A stretch of DNA of 37,562 bases, from the IMG/VR virus record IMGVR_UViG_2534681673_000007, positions 1 to 37,562 of that record. One strand, given 5' to 3'. The DNA comes from a virus (taxonomy: Duplodnaviria > Heunggongvirae > Uroviricota > Caudoviricetes). Shown piece after piece: positions 11,302 through 21,639 of the stretch (positions within the stretch are counted from its first letter, which is position 1; each line of letters begins with the position of its first letter). The position numbers and the translations under genes are program-made. Below the pieces are notes generated by a model. It saw nothing but the letters and a program-made list of their open reading frames with translations, did not search any database and was not told where the DNA came from.

Positions 11302-11657
11302 TACTGGTAATCCCCTTCTTCACCGTGGAACTCAAGATCAACCGTGCCTTCTTCGGCATTATGGTTCGCTTCTCCGTGCAGCCAGGCGGACGACAATACA
11401 TAGACCTGACCGTTCGCCAGCTCGGCAGTGATTGTCATCTCATCAGACGAGGTGATTTTGCTCACCGGAAAATTCTTCGGCACCTTGAAGGTCCCTTTGA
11501 CATAAGGCGCACGGTGAGTTTCCTTGCGGTCCACTGAACCGTCCAGGCCGATGATGTCATCATTGACCGTCCTGTTCATGGGCACCTCAATGCCGCCGGT
11601 CAGCGATAGCTGCTGACCGTCAATTTTGAAATAACAGGTTCCCCCGATACGGGCCAT
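11301..11657 (-). CDS. Tail tube protein (Mu gpM-like)
   Basis: ORF 11301..11657, 118 aa, directly after the sheath gene with TAATG overlap. Confidence 0.75.
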   Translation of the reverse strand: MARIGGTCYFKIDGQQLSLTGGIEVPMNRTVNDDIIGLDGSVDRKETHRAPYVKGTFKVPKNFPVSKITSSDEMTITAELANGQVYVLSSAWLHGEANHNAEEGTVDLEFHGEEGDYQ

Positions 11658-13153
11658 TATGCAGACTCCTCTGAATACTGAAGACGGAACTGGTTAACCA
11701 CGGCAAAAACACGCAACTGGTTAACATAGTCAGGCGGGAACAGCGTGTTCAGGCGGTTCGGATCGCTGGCATCACGCTCCACAACCAGGTACTGCTTAAA
11801 CAGTTCGTAGTTTTCCACGATCCCCGCACGCTCAAGCTGACAGTAGGTTGCCAGCAGTTCCCCTTTGATTACCGCCGGGGTGACAATCGCCTGACCGGGA
11901 CCAAAGCGGGTACCGTCGCTGGCAAGCTTGTGACGCCCGTACTTACTGGTAATGACGGATTTCAGTTTGCGCAGTACATACGCACTGGTATGCAGCGTCT
12001 CGCTGTCGAGGTAGCTGTTATCCGCAACCCCGTAAGCATTTTTCCTGTACGTGGTGACATCACGCTGAATGCGCAGCACCCCGCTTTCGACATACGCCGT
12101 TGCCACGCCATGAGACAGCAGGGTCTGCTGCTCGGTCATCGTGAACCGTTTCCCCTTCGGCGCAGGCAGCATACCCACCAGCTCACCGGTCTGCGTGGGA
12201 CGTGCCGGATCGTTGCGGATAAACACCGCTGCGCGGGCGGTACGGCTTGCCGCCAGCTCGTCGGCAGGCGTCTGGGTCTCTTTTTCGTACCCCGCCAGGG
12301 TGATGTGCTGCTGGTTAAACTGGTCACCTGCGTTCACCAGTTCTGACAGTGTGCCGGTCTTTGCCGTATACACATGACCATACAGCTGACGCGCATAGCT
12401 CCAGCGACCGCTGGTATCGTTCATTTCGGTCACCAGCGTGTTAACGGAGGCCGTGTCGTTGAACGGCAGACCGATATAATCAAACGGCTCATCCGCCATT
12501 GCAGCCACCGCGCCGGTGAGAACCGGAGCGCCCGTTCCGGCGGTCCCCGTCGCCACGGCAATCTGTACGCCCGCTGGCAGCACTTCGCCCCCACCGAAGC
12601 CGTAGTAATTGAGGCTGACAGGAATTTCATTCCCGCAAAGCCCCTTATGACGCGCGGTCAGCGTGACAACACCAGCCGAAGATGAAGCTGTAAACGGCAG
12701 AGTCGGAACGGCATTGATGGCATCTTTGATACTGCTGGCAATCGTCGTGACGTTATCGCCGTTGGTCACCGAAGCCTGCACGCGGGTACGTCCCACATAG
12801 ACATTCACCGTGCCGCTTTCGGTTGCTTCCCCGGTCACCGTCAGCGTAACCGTTGCCGCCGCGCCTGTGGCTTCCGGAACGGCAATCACATACAGCTCAC
12901 CAAACGGGTCGGTCTGGCGATAAGCCTCGACCATACGCGCCAGCTGACTTCCCGCACCACAAATCTGGCGTGCATAGTCTGCCGACGGCATCAGCACCAG
13001 ACTGTTGGCAACAATCTCTGCACCGTTATTGGCATGACCAATCAGCAGCGATGCTCCGCTGTCCTGTGCAGTATTCGCAGCCTGGTTATCCATTTCCGCA
13101 TAAAACAGCGGAACCAGCGTATTCGACGGAATGGTGTTAAAGCTTATCGTCAT
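11657..13153 (-). CDS. Contractile tail sheath protein
   Basis: 498-aa ORF upstream of the tube gene; size and composition typical of myovirus sheath proteins. Confidence 0.85.
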   Translation of the reverse strand: MTISFNTIPSNTLVPLFYAEMDNQAANTAQDSGASLLIGHANNGAEIVANSLVLMPSADYARQICGAGSQLARMVEAYRQTDPFGELYVIAVPEATGAAATVTLTVTGEATESGTVNVYVGRTRVQASVTNGDNVTTIASSIKDAINAVPTLPFTASSSAGVVTLTARHKGLCGNEIPVSLNYYGFGGGEVLPAGVQIAVATGTAGTGAPVLTGAVAAMADEPFDYIGLPFNDTASVNTLVTEMNDTSGRWSYARQLYGHVYTAKTGTLSELVNAGDQFNQQHITLAGYEKETQTPADELAASRTARAAVFIRNDPARPTQTGELVGMLPAPKGKRFTMTEQQTLLSHGVATAYVESGVLRIQRDVTTYRKNAYGVADNSYLDSETLHTSAYVLRKLKSVITSKYGRHKLASDGTRFGPGQAIVTPAVIKGELLATYCQLERAGIVENYELFKQYLVVERDASDPNRLNTLFPPDYVNQLRVFAVVNQFRLQYSEESA

Positions 13154-13307
13154 CGGTGTTCACCTTTTTATTCACGCGCCGGATATCACCCGCTGCTTCA
13201 CGGCGCAGCCAGTAGTTGTTCTCATCAACATTTCGCCCTTCGGCGGGCAAAAGGTCGCCGCGGGCAGGGTCAGGCACTGACCGCCCTTTAACAGGTTTCA
13301 CAAACAT
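13137..13307 (-). CDS. Small hypothetical protein (56 aa) between gp37-like gene and sheath; not in ORF track
   Basis: Hand translation: ATG at 13307, GAGGA 5 nt upstream, stop TAA at 13137-13139. Product MFVKPVKGRSVPDPARGDLLPAEGRNVDENNYWLRREAAGDIRRVNKKVNTDDDKL. Overlaps the sheath start in another frame. Confidence 0.45.
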   Translation of the reverse strand: MFVKPVKGRSVPDPARGDLLPAEGRNVDENNYWLRREAAGDIRRVNKKVNTDDDKL

Positions 13308-13315
13308 GATGATCC

Positions 13316-13876
13316 TCAGGAAGGAAGGGGTATTTCGGTGTGATGTTCGATATCGCCGTCAGGCCCGTTACCGGGATCGAGATAATCAACATCAATCGCC
13401 AGCGTTCGCAGTTCATCCAGACTGTTCAGGTCATCCTGCTGGCGGGTATCGTCTTCGGTCAGCTCGCTGATGACCGAAAAATCGAACTGATAAATCAGCT
13501 CATGACGATTCAGATCCAGCAGCGTGCCGCCGTCATAGGTAATCGGGTTACCGCACGCTTCCGGGTTCCAGCCCAGCAGGGCCTTAAAGAGCATCTGCCG
13601 GACATCGTCCACCACATCATACGAAGCAAACTGACCGCGCTCATCACGCCCGTTACTCAGTATGACAACCACGGAGAAGCCCTCTTTCAGCTCCTGCCAG
13701 TAGTCGGTCTGGCTTTTGTTTTCTCCCGGAGAGTCATCACCCGGTACCACATACGCCGCCGGGAGTCTCAGCTTTCCGACCTCCGGCAGATTTTTGAACT
13801 GTGCCGCGCCTGCCACCCGGTTTTCAAAATACGGGCAGCGGGCACGCAGCGCAGCAATAACAGGCGTCAGTTTCAT
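13316..13876 (-). CDS. Mu gp37-like tail protein (DUF1834-type)
   Basis: ORF 13316..13876, 186 aa; position just upstream of the sheath. Confidence 0.6.
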   Translation of the reverse strand: MKLTPVIAALRARCPYFENRVAGAAQFKNLPEVGKLRLPAAYVVPGDDSPGENKSQTDYWQELKEGFSVVVILSNGRDERGQFASYDVVDDVRQMLFKALLGWNPEACGNPITYDGGTLLDLNRHELIYQFDFSVISELTEDDTRQQDDLNSLDELRTLAIDVDYLDPGNGPDGDIEHHTEIPLPS

Positions 13877-14379
13877 CTGCGTCGTCGCTCCGGCTTCAGT
13901 GATTTACGTAATTCCCGCGCCAGAAAATAGCGTGTCCAGCTGCGGTTCTTTTCAAGAGTTTCCACCATAAAGTTATTACGTGGAGCCAGCCGCCAGCCGC
14001 TGCCACCGGATGCACCACGATGATGACTACGACGACGTTTTGCTCCTCCCCGGACACCAAAAAACAGAAACGCCGGATAGAAGTCACCAGAGATCATCCG
14101 GTTCCCCTTCCCGTTGCGCTGGTTAGGGGCAATGCGTGTCATAAAACCGGCTCGCTTTTTACTGGCTCTCGGCACCATGTAACCAATCGAACGAGCCAGG
14201 CGTCCGGTCTGATAACCGGGGTTTTCACCCGGTGCCGACCGCGCACGGCGCATCACCAGCCGACGGGCATCACGCATATGACGCTGCCCAATCGTGACAA
14301 ACGCCCGCCGGACACGGGCGCGGTTAAAGCGCATCTCCGCGGGCTGCTGAACATCAACGTGAAAAAAGGGAGTCGCCAT
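13873..14379 (-). CDS. HK97 gp10-like virion morphogenesis / tail-joining protein
   Basis: ORF 13873..14379. Arg-rich, with GYQTGRLARSIGY-type motif. GGAGG 5 nt upstream of the ATG. Confidence 0.6.
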   Translation of the reverse strand: MATPFFHVDVQQPAEMRFNRARVRRAFVTIGQRHMRDARRLVMRRARSAPGENPGYQTGRLARSIGYMVPRASKKRAGFMTRIAPNQRNGKGNRMISGDFYPAFLFFGVRGGAKRRRSHHRGASGGSGWRLAPRNNFMVETLEKNRSWTRYFLARELRKSLKPERRRR

Positions 14380-14764
14380 TGCTGCCTCCGTGACTCTGCG
14401 TAAATTCGCCCAGTTCCGTACACTCCAGCAGCAGAAAGCGCCGCGCCCCGTTCAGATCGCGCTGACGTTTCACCCGGTACACACTGTCATCACAGACCAC
14501 CTCATAATCAGCAGTGATCCCCCGGCGGTAGCGAATGGTGATGTAATGGGTTATGGCATCTCCGGTCTGCGCGGTTTCCTGCCAGGTGGTGGCACTGGTC
14601 TGGATAACCTTCGCCCATGCCCGGAACGCAACCGGGTATTGAGGCTCCACGCCAAAGTTATCCGCGGGCATATCCACCCGCTGGCGGATCAGGACGCGTT
14701 TATTCAGTTCGCCGGGATCCGGCAGAATGTAGGTTGCGCTGGTCTGCGCCTGACGAATTTTCAT
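14354..14764 (-). CDS. Head closure / head-tail adaptor protein
   Basis: ORF 14354..14764, ATGA overlap with the upstream connector gene; synteny in HK97-type head modules. Confidence 0.65.
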   Translation of the reverse strand: MKIRQAQTSATYILPDPGELNKRVLIRQRVDMPADNFGVEPQYPVAFRAWAKVIQTSATTWQETAQTGDAITHYITIRYRRGITADYEVVCDDSVYRVKRQRDLNGARRFLLLECTELGEFTQSHGGSNGDSLFSR

Positions 14765-15084
14765 AGTGGTATAAGGCGATAAGGAGCAACCAACCAGTTA
14801 AAACTCATTGGCAACTCCATTTTCTCAACGTCTGTAACCGTTGAGCGGTTTTCGTAGAAATGGCTGACAAGTAGCAGGAGCGCCAGCTTCACATCATCAG
14901 ATATCACAAGCCCATCAGGATCATCCGCAGGCCTGTCATCTGCGGTTGCATACAACGTACGGTTAAGGAAGTTTTCCGTCCGACTCTGAGCGGCCTTCCC
15001 AAGTAGTTCAAGCAACTCATCTTCATCAGAGAAATCATCATCCAGACGAAGCTGAAGCTTAATCTCTTCCATTTTTAACAGCAT
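14761..15084 (-). CDS. Head-tail connector protein (gp6-like)
   Basis: Start placed at MLLKMEEIK (15084), preceded by AGGAGG. Acidic N-terminal region typical of gp6-like connectors. Confidence 0.65.
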   Translation of the reverse strand: MLLKMEEIKLQLRLDDDFSDEDELLELLGKAAQSRTENFLNRTLYATADDRPADDPDGLVISDDVKLALLLLVSHFYENRSTVTDVEKMELPMSFNWLVAPYRLIPL

Positions 15085-15162
15085 AAAACCTCCTGTGCCC
15101 GCCAGAACGCAGGCACAAAAAAACCGCATTACGCGGCGTGCTGTATTACGTAAAAAGACTAA

Positions 15163-16392
15163 TCAACCACCAACGCTACCTTTCCCCACCAGCGCTTTAA
15201 TGGCAGAGGTGTCTTCCAGGATACAGTCAAAACGATGGAAGGCCAGAAAACCGGTCTGATCATATTCCGCGTAACGCTCAACCAGACGTTTAAGAATCAT
15301 GTATCGCACACGACGGATAATGAAGCGATCAAAGTCACCACAGAACATGAATTTTTTACCCGCCCCGATATCATCAATTTCCTGATCAATGACATACGGT
15401 ACATTCAACACTGAAGCAGGTGCCACACCAACAATATCCGGCAACCATAAAGGGCGTCCCTGACCGTCTTCCATCTCACTGATCAGTTTCAGCGTATTAT
15501 CGTTAAACGCCAGGCGGAATTTCGGTCCGCGACGATATGCAGGATCAATGCTGTGTTTCAGAGCCAGAATTTCCTGCCACTTCACCGCATTTGCCGCGGC
15601 AGTCTGTGTTGTGCCGGTCACTGATGCTGCCAGCCCTTTGGGTTGTTTAGGCGTACCAGCCCCCGTCCCCTGAATCAGATAACGGGCTTCACCACGACCA
15701 ATACGTTCAGCAATGCGACGGGCAAGATAAGCTTCCATATCGATCGCACTGTCCTGCAGCAACTCATTAGACACACGAATTATTTTCGATGTCATTTTGA
15801 GCGCCCCAAGGCTTTCCATACCGAAATCGGTGTCTTCTTCACCGGCTTCTTCATTTTCGCCCAGCAGAATACCAACTTCGGAAGTACCATCAGCTGTTGC
15901 CCACTCCATAGTGCGACCGTCAGAAGTGGTAAGAATCTGCGCCACACTGGCGATGCCACCGTAGGATTTCATCTTCTCAACAACTTTCGCCAGGAATGTT
16001 TCTGGTACGGTATATCCGCCCTTTTCATCCTGAGCTACGCCCTGGGCACGAAGTTCACGCAACGCCTTTCGTTCTTCTGATGTCAGCTCACTGGCACCGT
16101 GACGCATCCACTTATCAAAAACCTGAGCTCGTTTCTCATCCTGTTGTGGATTGTTTTCCGGATCAAGATTCTGACGCTGCTCTTCCTCATTGCTTTCAAT
16201 GTACGCCTGATCCTGACGACGTAGTTCTTCTTCGCGTGCAATTCGTTCATCAAGAGCTTCCAGTTCGGATTTTGCTTTGTTCCACTCAGTGCGCTGCTCT
16301 TCCGTCCATGCGTTATCACCAATTTTTTCATTCAGGGCGCGCATGTCAGTTGCGATAGTATTACGTTTCTGTTTCAGTTCATGCAGTTTCAT
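15163..16392 (-). CDS. Major capsid protein, HK97 fold, with N-terminal delta (scaffold-like) domain
   Basis: 409-aa ORF. Charged coiled-coil N-terminus (EELRRQDQAYIESNEEEQRQ) followed by capsid body. AAGGA RBS. Follows the prohead protease. Confidence 0.9.
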   Translation of the reverse strand: MKLHELKQKRNTIATDMRALNEKIGDNAWTEEQRTEWNKAKSELEALDERIAREEELRRQDQAYIESNEEEQRQNLDPENNPQQDEKRAQVFDKWMRHGASELTSEERKALRELRAQGVAQDEKGGYTVPETFLAKVVEKMKSYGGIASVAQILTTSDGRTMEWATADGTSEVGILLGENEEAGEEDTDFGMESLGALKMTSKIIRVSNELLQDSAIDMEAYLARRIAERIGRGEARYLIQGTGAGTPKQPKGLAASVTGTTQTAAANAVKWQEILALKHSIDPAYRRGPKFRLAFNDNTLKLISEMEDGQGRPLWLPDIVGVAPASVLNVPYVIDQEIDDIGAGKKFMFCGDFDRFIIRRVRYMILKRLVERYAEYDQTGFLAFHRFDCILEDTSAIKALVGKGSVGG

Positions 16393-16402
16393 GATGTTTC
16401 CT

Positions 16403-17005
16403 TTACGCGTTAAGAAGGGTCAGGACGCGTTCACGCGCCATACGTTGATTAATGGCTTTCTGTAGCGCGCCGCTGTTGCGCGCCTCCTGCCATGCTTTCA
16501 TGGAGCGAACAGCCGAGTCAGCCTCCTGATAGGCAGGATATGTCACAGGACTGACATCCAGCAGACGGGAAAAGCGGGTTATCTCGCGAATAACAACCCC
16601 GTCCTCATCCTGATACCACTCCTCGCCGTCACGGGCGACACGGAAAGCAAAAGATGACTGGTTAATATCTCCACGTTGCATCGGGGCCAGCACCAGATCA
16701 CGAATGGTCTGTGTCTCCGGAGCCTGGATGTCATAGCGCAATCCGCGCTCATCAACTGAAAGATTCAGCGTGCCTGCTGCACTACGCCCAAGAATAAAAT
16801 TAGGATCGTGGTTAAACAGTGCGCGTACATCATCACCAAGCACATCGTCAAAAGCGCCGGGCCGGATGATTTCGCGGAATGAACCAAATATCAGCTCAGA
16901 ACGACAGTCAAACACCGATCCATAACCGATAATGTGCGCAGGGTTATCGTCATGCCGCTCAGCACGCACCTCACCGCTGTAACAACGGATTTCACGGTCA
17001 TTCAT
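16403..17005 (-). CDS. Prohead protease (HK97 family, S78-type)
   Basis: Start placed at MNDREIRCYSG (17005), with GAGG upstream and an 8-nt overlap with the portal stop. Confidence 0.85.
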   Translation of the reverse strand: MNDREIRCYSGEVRAERHDDNPAHIIGYGSVFDCRSELIFGSFREIIRPGAFDDVLGDDVRALFNHDPNFILGRSAAGTLNLSVDERGLRYDIQAPETQTIRDLVLAPMQRGDINQSSFAFRVARDGEEWYQDEDGVVIREITRFSRLLDVSPVTYPAYQEADSAVRSMKAWQEARNSGALQKAINQRMARERVLTLLNA

Positions 17006-18254
17006 TGGTTTTTCCCTCATCATTTTTTGGGGGCTTAAAATCTCCTGCCGGGTTAGCAGCATTCACGCTTACCAGCATCTCATCCAGCCCTTCAACCGGA
17101 TTCATATCCTCGAATGCGCGGGCCTCATTACGGCTCATCCATCCATCGGTAATAGCGAAGTGATAGAATTGCGCGCGCTCCTGCGGAGTTCCGCGTAAAA
17201 GCCCCGTCAGATTGAACCTGACGTAATACCCGGCGGCTAACTCAGCGCGGGTAAACAAGCGACGGTTAAGCTCCTGCTCCCAGTTCGTCACCCACGGCAT
17301 CATCGTGTAGCGGACAAACTGAATCGCCTGCGCAGAAATATTGGAGAAGGTGGCTTTTTCGAGGTCATTAATCATGTGCGCAGGAATATTGAAAATACCG
17401 GCAATCATTGAACGGTTCAGTTTCATCATGTCAATGATCTGAGCGTCAACTGGCGACACAGTCAGTGCCTTGTAATCCAGATCGGCTGGCAGCAGCATGG
17501 TTTTGTTTTCCTGGCTGCGTAACGCCTGCGATGCCTTCTGCCACTGATCTTTAAGCCAGCCCCAGCTGTCCTTATTGAGTCCGCTTTTAACGGATACTAT
17601 CCCCGCCGGACGGGCATTACCGCTGAAGAAGCTTTCTGTGTATTTCTGACCGCTCATCCCCATGCCTATTGTTTCGGCATGTTGCATAATCGGACTCAGC
17701 CCCATCTTCTGATTATTACCCAGCGCTCGGATGTGGATCATATCGTCGGGGCTGATCGCAAACGCCCCATATTCGTTGTACAAACCGTAGGTGTATCGGC
17801 CACCAGTATTCATCAGCGTCGTTTCCCACGGCATACAGCAATCCAGGGATATGACTTCACCGCGACGATTACGTTTCACCCAGGTATACCCATTCCCCCA
17901 GCCAAGGATGTGACGTTGCTTCAGTTCGCGCCATTTGTAACTGGTTTGCCAGGTATTGGGCTCATCATGAACCAGATAAAACGCCGGATGATCGCGTGCG
18001 GGCTCAACCTTCCCATTGTGCCTGCGCATAACATGCAACGGCATCTGGGCAAGGCTGGAAGACAGGACATAGATACAGGAATACACCGCAGCCAGTTTCA
18101 TCGCAGTTTCAGGACTGACATAAACGTCTGCCCGTAACAGCCCATCAGTATCAACGGCATCCCCGGTTATCGGGGTGGAAGGATTCTCCAGTGATTTACT
18201 TCTGAACAGAGCATCAAGCAGCACGCGTCCCCCTTCTGGCCATAGCCAGTGCAC
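16998..18254 (-). CDS. Portal protein (HK97 family)
   Basis: 418-aa ORF with KLAAVYSCIYVLSSS-type portal motif. The exact start is uncertain (18254 ATG or a nearby GTG). Confidence 0.85.
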   Translation of the reverse strand: MHWLWPEGGRVLLDALFRSKSLENPSTPITGDAVDTDGLLRADVYVSPETAMKLAAVYSCIYVLSSSLAQMPLHVMRRHNGKVEPARDHPAFYLVHDEPNTWQTSYKWRELKQRHILGWGNGYTWVKRNRRGEVISLDCCMPWETTLMNTGGRYTYGLYNEYGAFAISPDDMIHIRALGNNQKMGLSPIMQHAETIGMGMSGQKYTESFFSGNARPAGIVSVKSGLNKDSWGWLKDQWQKASQALRSQENKTMLLPADLDYKALTVSPVDAQIIDMMKLNRSMIAGIFNIPAHMINDLEKATFSNISAQAIQFVRYTMMPWVTNWEQELNRRLFTRAELAAGYYVRFNLTGLLRGTPQERAQFYHFAITDGWMSRNEARAFEDMNPVEGLDEMLVSVNAANPAGDFKPPKNDEGKTNE

Positions 18255-18375
18255 CCACCAGCAGTAAACCGCCGGACAGCATCAGAGCCGGAGCCATACC
18301 AAACTGCAGGTAAAACCCGCACGTAAGCAGGCCAAAACCAGCCAGCCCGATAACATCAGCAATTAGTGATTTCAT
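18214..18375 (-). CDS. Small hydrophobic protein (53 aa) between terminase and portal; not in ORF track
   Basis: Hand translation: ATG at 18375 overlaps the terminase stop (ATGA). Product [53 protein letters not shown]. No clear SD. Confidence 0.35.
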   Translation of the reverse strand: MKSLIADVIGLAGFGLLTCGFYLQFGMAPALMLSGGLLLVGALAMARRGTRAA

Positions 18376-20105
18376 AGAATTAAGAGATCATCGTCCGGAT
18401 CAAGAGATGAAAGGAAATCGTCGGGTTCTTTGAGCATTGCCCGACCGATCGCCATAATCAGTGCAACCGCACCATCGATTTTGTTTTCCGCCTGCTCCTT
18501 GACGGGCTTCACCACATCATCGTTACCCGGAATGGTTTTGCCGACCACGTTGCCGATACACCAGGTCATGATGGGATTGCCGTCATGATGAAAGCGCCCC
18601 GATTCAATTGCCGCTTCCAGCTCTTTCATCGGGTCGGACATGTTGGTGTAGTTCTGAATGATAGTGATGGGGTTCAGGTCTTCATCAGCAAGGTCATGTG
18701 ACAACCCGGTCGCCCCGAAGGGGTCGATGGGTGACTCACTGACCGGGCTGATTTTGTTCGCCGCTTTGGCCTCCTCGAGGATGTAGCGATAATCCACCTC
18801 CGCACCATCGGTAACGGTCAGAACGCCCATTTCCACCCATTTCTGAAAGCGTTCGGCTGTCCGTCGATCTTCATTTTTCTCGACGCTGTACACCGTGTCA
18901 TACGGTACCCAGAAACGCGGGGCCACACTGTAATAATGCGTTTTACCGTCAATCTCGCGGGTATAAAGTCGCGCCATGCTGTTCATATCCAGCTTACGCG
19001 CCAGGTCAAAGGCCAGAATGCACGGCTGCCCCTCGAACTGCTCAAGGGTCAGTGATTTATCCTCGCAGCTCTGCCAGCTCACCAGGTTGAAATACGCCGA
19101 ACGCGCCGACACCCAGATATTGAGGTGTTTTGTTTTAAAGACGTTTGCCAGACGGGCGTTATTTTTCGCACGCTGCTGCTGACTTAACAAAAATTCGCGA
19201 TAAACCGACACGCCAATATTTGGATTGGCTTTTTCCAGCACCTGCGGGTCGGTCCAGTCGTCACCTTCATCAACGGTATAGATGATCCCGAACAGTTCAT
19301 CGTTAGGCACCGAGCCGTTGAGCATCTCGATGACTTCCCGCCGCTTGTCGTAGCACGGCCCCTCAATGTTGTACCCGGCGGTGGTGATGGCCCACATCAG
19401 TGGCTGACGTCGCGCCCCCATCCCGGTAAGCATCGTGGTGTAAAGCGCATCGGTGGCGTGCTCGTGATATTCATCCACCACAGCACAGTGGGGTGATGAA
19501 CCATCACCGGGGTTACCGATCAGCGGTTCAAACCGCGCGCCATCCTCCGGACGGTTCATGTTTGAGGCGTTAACCTCAATCCCGAACGCTTCCGTCAGCA
19601 TGGGTGTGCGTTTACACATCAGTCGCGCCGGGCGAAAGACTTCCCACGCCTGTTTCTCCGTCGTGGCACCGGAATACACTTCCGCGCCAAACTCGTTATC
19701 ACAGGCAAAACAATACAGGGCGACACCGGCAGAGATTGCCGATTTGCCGTTCTTACGGGGGATTTCGGTATACACCTCCCTGAAGCGGCGCAGCCGGGAG
19801 CCTTTATTGACCCAGCCAAACGCGCAGCAGATCACAAAGAGCTGCCACGGCTCCAGCGTGATGGGCATCCTCTTGAATGCCCACTCACCCTTGGTGTGCG
19901 GCAACAGCTGAATAAATTTGGCGGCCCGTTCAGCCAGGTCCTTGTCGAAGCGGTAACGAAACGACTTACTTTTTTCCGCCATCAGGTCATCAAGATGGCG
20001 CTGGCAGGCCTGAATCACAAACTGGCAGGCCACAATCTTTCCGCGCACGACATCACGGGCATACTGATTGGCTGCATTTACATTGGGGTAAGATTTCCGG
20101 CTCAT
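18372..20105 (-). CDS. Terminase large subunit
   Basis: 577-aa ORF. ATGA overlap with the small subunit. ATPase and nuclease halves consistent with Terminase_1-type proteins. Confidence 0.9.
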   Translation of the reverse strand: MSRKSYPNVNAANQYARDVVRGKIVACQFVIQACQRHLDDLMAEKSKSFRYRFDKDLAERAAKFIQLLPHTKGEWAFKRMPITLEPWQLFVICCAFGWVNKGSRLRRFREVYTEIPRKNGKSAISAGVALYCFACDNEFGAEVYSGATTEKQAWEVFRPARLMCKRTPMLTEAFGIEVNASNMNRPEDGARFEPLIGNPGDGSSPHCAVVDEYHEHATDALYTTMLTGMGARRQPLMWAITTAGYNIEGPCYDKRREVIEMLNGSVPNDELFGIIYTVDEGDDWTDPQVLEKANPNIGVSVYREFLLSQQQRAKNNARLANVFKTKHLNIWVSARSAYFNLVSWQSCEDKSLTLEQFEGQPCILAFDLARKLDMNSMARLYTREIDGKTHYYSVAPRFWVPYDTVYSVEKNEDRRTAERFQKWVEMGVLTVTDGAEVDYRYILEEAKAANKISPVSESPIDPFGATGLSHDLADEDLNPITIIQNYTNMSDPMKELEAAIESGRFHHDGNPIMTWCIGNVVGKTIPGNDDVVKPVKEQAENKIDGAVALIMAIGRAMLKEPDDFLSSLDPDDDLLIL

Positions 20106-20596
20106 GATTCGATAATTTTCAGAAACGGGTTAGTGGCTTTCTTCTGCCCCGCCAGGCCAATCAGACGCTGGCGGCTGCTGGGGTCGAGTCCGAGCATTGC
20201 CCCCGTGCTGCTCATCTCGGACTCCTGTTCTTTCTTGGCGGTCAGCTCCGGATTTTTGACCATACCGCCCATTGCACCGGTGATGGTGTTGCCCTGGCTG
20301 GCAATATTTTTCACGGCACGTCGCCAGAACTCATAGGCCACACACCACCGCTCAAGCACCGCGAGGTCAGTCACGCACAGCAGGCCCTGACCGCAGAGTT
20401 CTTTGGTTGTCAGTTGCCACATGATCGTGGCGAGAGGGAGATCTTCTTCAGCGAACCACTCCGGTGGCTCAACACCTTTGATGGGCGTAAAAACAGGTTC
20501 ATCTTTGTTCAGGGCTCGCTTGCCGGGGTTTCCGGCCAGCGCCTTGCGCGCCGTTGGCTTGGGGCGACGCCCGGAACGCCCCGCCGTTCCAGCCAT
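20102..20596 (-). CDS. Terminase small subunit (P27 family)
   Basis: ATG at 20596 with AGGAG 9 nt upstream; ORF track starts at GTG 20605. Directly upstream of the large subunit. Confidence 0.8.
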   Translation of the reverse strand: MAGTAGRSGRRPKPTARKALAGNPGKRALNKDEPVFTPIKGVEPPEWFAEEDLPLATIMWQLTTKELCGQGLLCVTDLAVLERWCVAYEFWRRAVKNIASQGNTITGAMGGMVKNPELTAKKEQESEMSSTGAMLGLDPSSRQRLIGLAGQKKATNPFLKIIES

Positions 20597-20719
20597 ATGC
20601 GGCACTCCTGGTTAAATTTCATTTTTCGCGGGTATAAAAAACGATGGGGCGGGCAGTCCGGAAGACATCAGGCCGCAGGGATTTGACCCGCCCTCCCCTC
20701 AGGCAGTTGAGAATTATTA

Positions 20720-21070
20720 TCACTTCAACCGTTCACGGGCCGTCTTCGCCTTATGACACGGCCAGCACAGACTCTGCAGATTACAGTCGGCATCAGTGCC
20801 GCCATGCGCTTTAGGGATGATGTGGTCAACGGTTTTCGCCTCGCGCACCACACCAGCACGCAGGCACAACTGGCACAGGCCTTTGTCACGCTTGAGCACA
20901 CGTTCACGGATAACATCCCATTTCGAACCATAACCGCGCTGGTGTCGGGACTGGCCTGGCTTGTATTGCTTCCAGCCTTCGCTTTTGTGGCTTTCGCAGT
21001 AGCCTGACGGGTCAGTAGTGGTATGGCGGCAGCCGCGAACACGGCAGGCTTTTGGGATTCGTGGGGGCAT
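20720..21070 (-). CDS. HNH endonuclease (terminase-associated)
   Basis: Start MPPRIPKACRVRGCRH at 21070 with GGAG upstream. Cys/His motifs CxxC...HH...CxxC. Position immediately upstream of terS, as in HK97-like cos phages. Confidence 0.8.
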   Translation of the reverse strand: MPPRIPKACRVRGCRHTTTDPSGYCESHKSEGWKQYKPGQSRHQRGYGSKWDVIRERVLKRDKGLCQLCLRAGVVREAKTVDHIIPKAHGGTDADCNLQSLCWPCHKAKTARERLK

Positions 21071-21363
21071 ATGTACTCCAATGAAGAAGCCACCGACATA
21101 GCCTCCTCCATTCATAGTGAAACTATTTTCATCTACCCAGTAATGAATTCTTTGAAGAGTCGAGATCAATACAACTCACTAATGGGAGAGGTTTGTCCAA
21201 CACGTTGGACAAGCCTCCCGTTTGATTTACTTGACACTATAGAAGGACAGAATGCCTTCCTCACTCGAATAACATCAATTAAGGAGGTTCAACATGTTTC
21301 ATTCCACAAGTCATCAGTCTGTAATTATGGTAGCATCAGTTTGTGCCACATACCTTTTCCGCT

Positions 21364-21639
21364 TCACTTTGAGTCTGATTCATTTCTACCTGACCGGCTC
21401 GCCTCTATCTTTCTAATCCCCGCTTTGTCAATATTGCATTGATCCAACGCTGACAGCAGACTCACATTCAACTCCAGACTGGCACCATACGTCAGCGGAT
21501 TGGGTAAAAACGGTACAGGAGTATCAGAAGTCAGGCTGGCTGGCAGTGGTGCCACCGGAGCGCTCACGTAAACCGTTCGCGAATTTCCGCAACCGGTCAG
21601 CAGCGGCAGCAGGCACAGGACGTGAAGCACAATCATCAT
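21364..21639 (-). CDS. Rz1-like o-spanin (outer membrane lipoprotein) overlapping Rz in another frame
   Basis: Start MMIVLHVLCLLPLLTGC with lipobox LLTGC, Pro-rich mature part. Overlaps the 3' part of Rz. Confidence 0.6.
   Translation of the reverse strand: MMIVLHVLCLLPLLTGCGNSRTVYVSAPVAPLPASLTSDTPVPFLPNPLTYGASLELNVSLLSALDQCNIDKAGIRKIEASRSGRNESDSK

Noticed and set aside
5629-16358. Numerous 60-150 aa antisense or alternative-frame ORFs inside structural genes (for example 5629..6087, 13340..13930, 15643..16080, 15996..16358, 12141..12685)
   Set aside because: Each lies within a longer, syntenically consistent ORF on the opposite strand or another frame; the products are Arg/Pro/Ser-rich, as expected for chance frames in GC-balanced DNA.
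20725-21442. ORFs 20725..21111 (minus) and 21023..21442 (plus) overlapping the HNH gene and its upstream gap
   Set aside because: Alternative-frame or antisense overlaps of a well-supported HNH ORF; no start signals; products low complexity.
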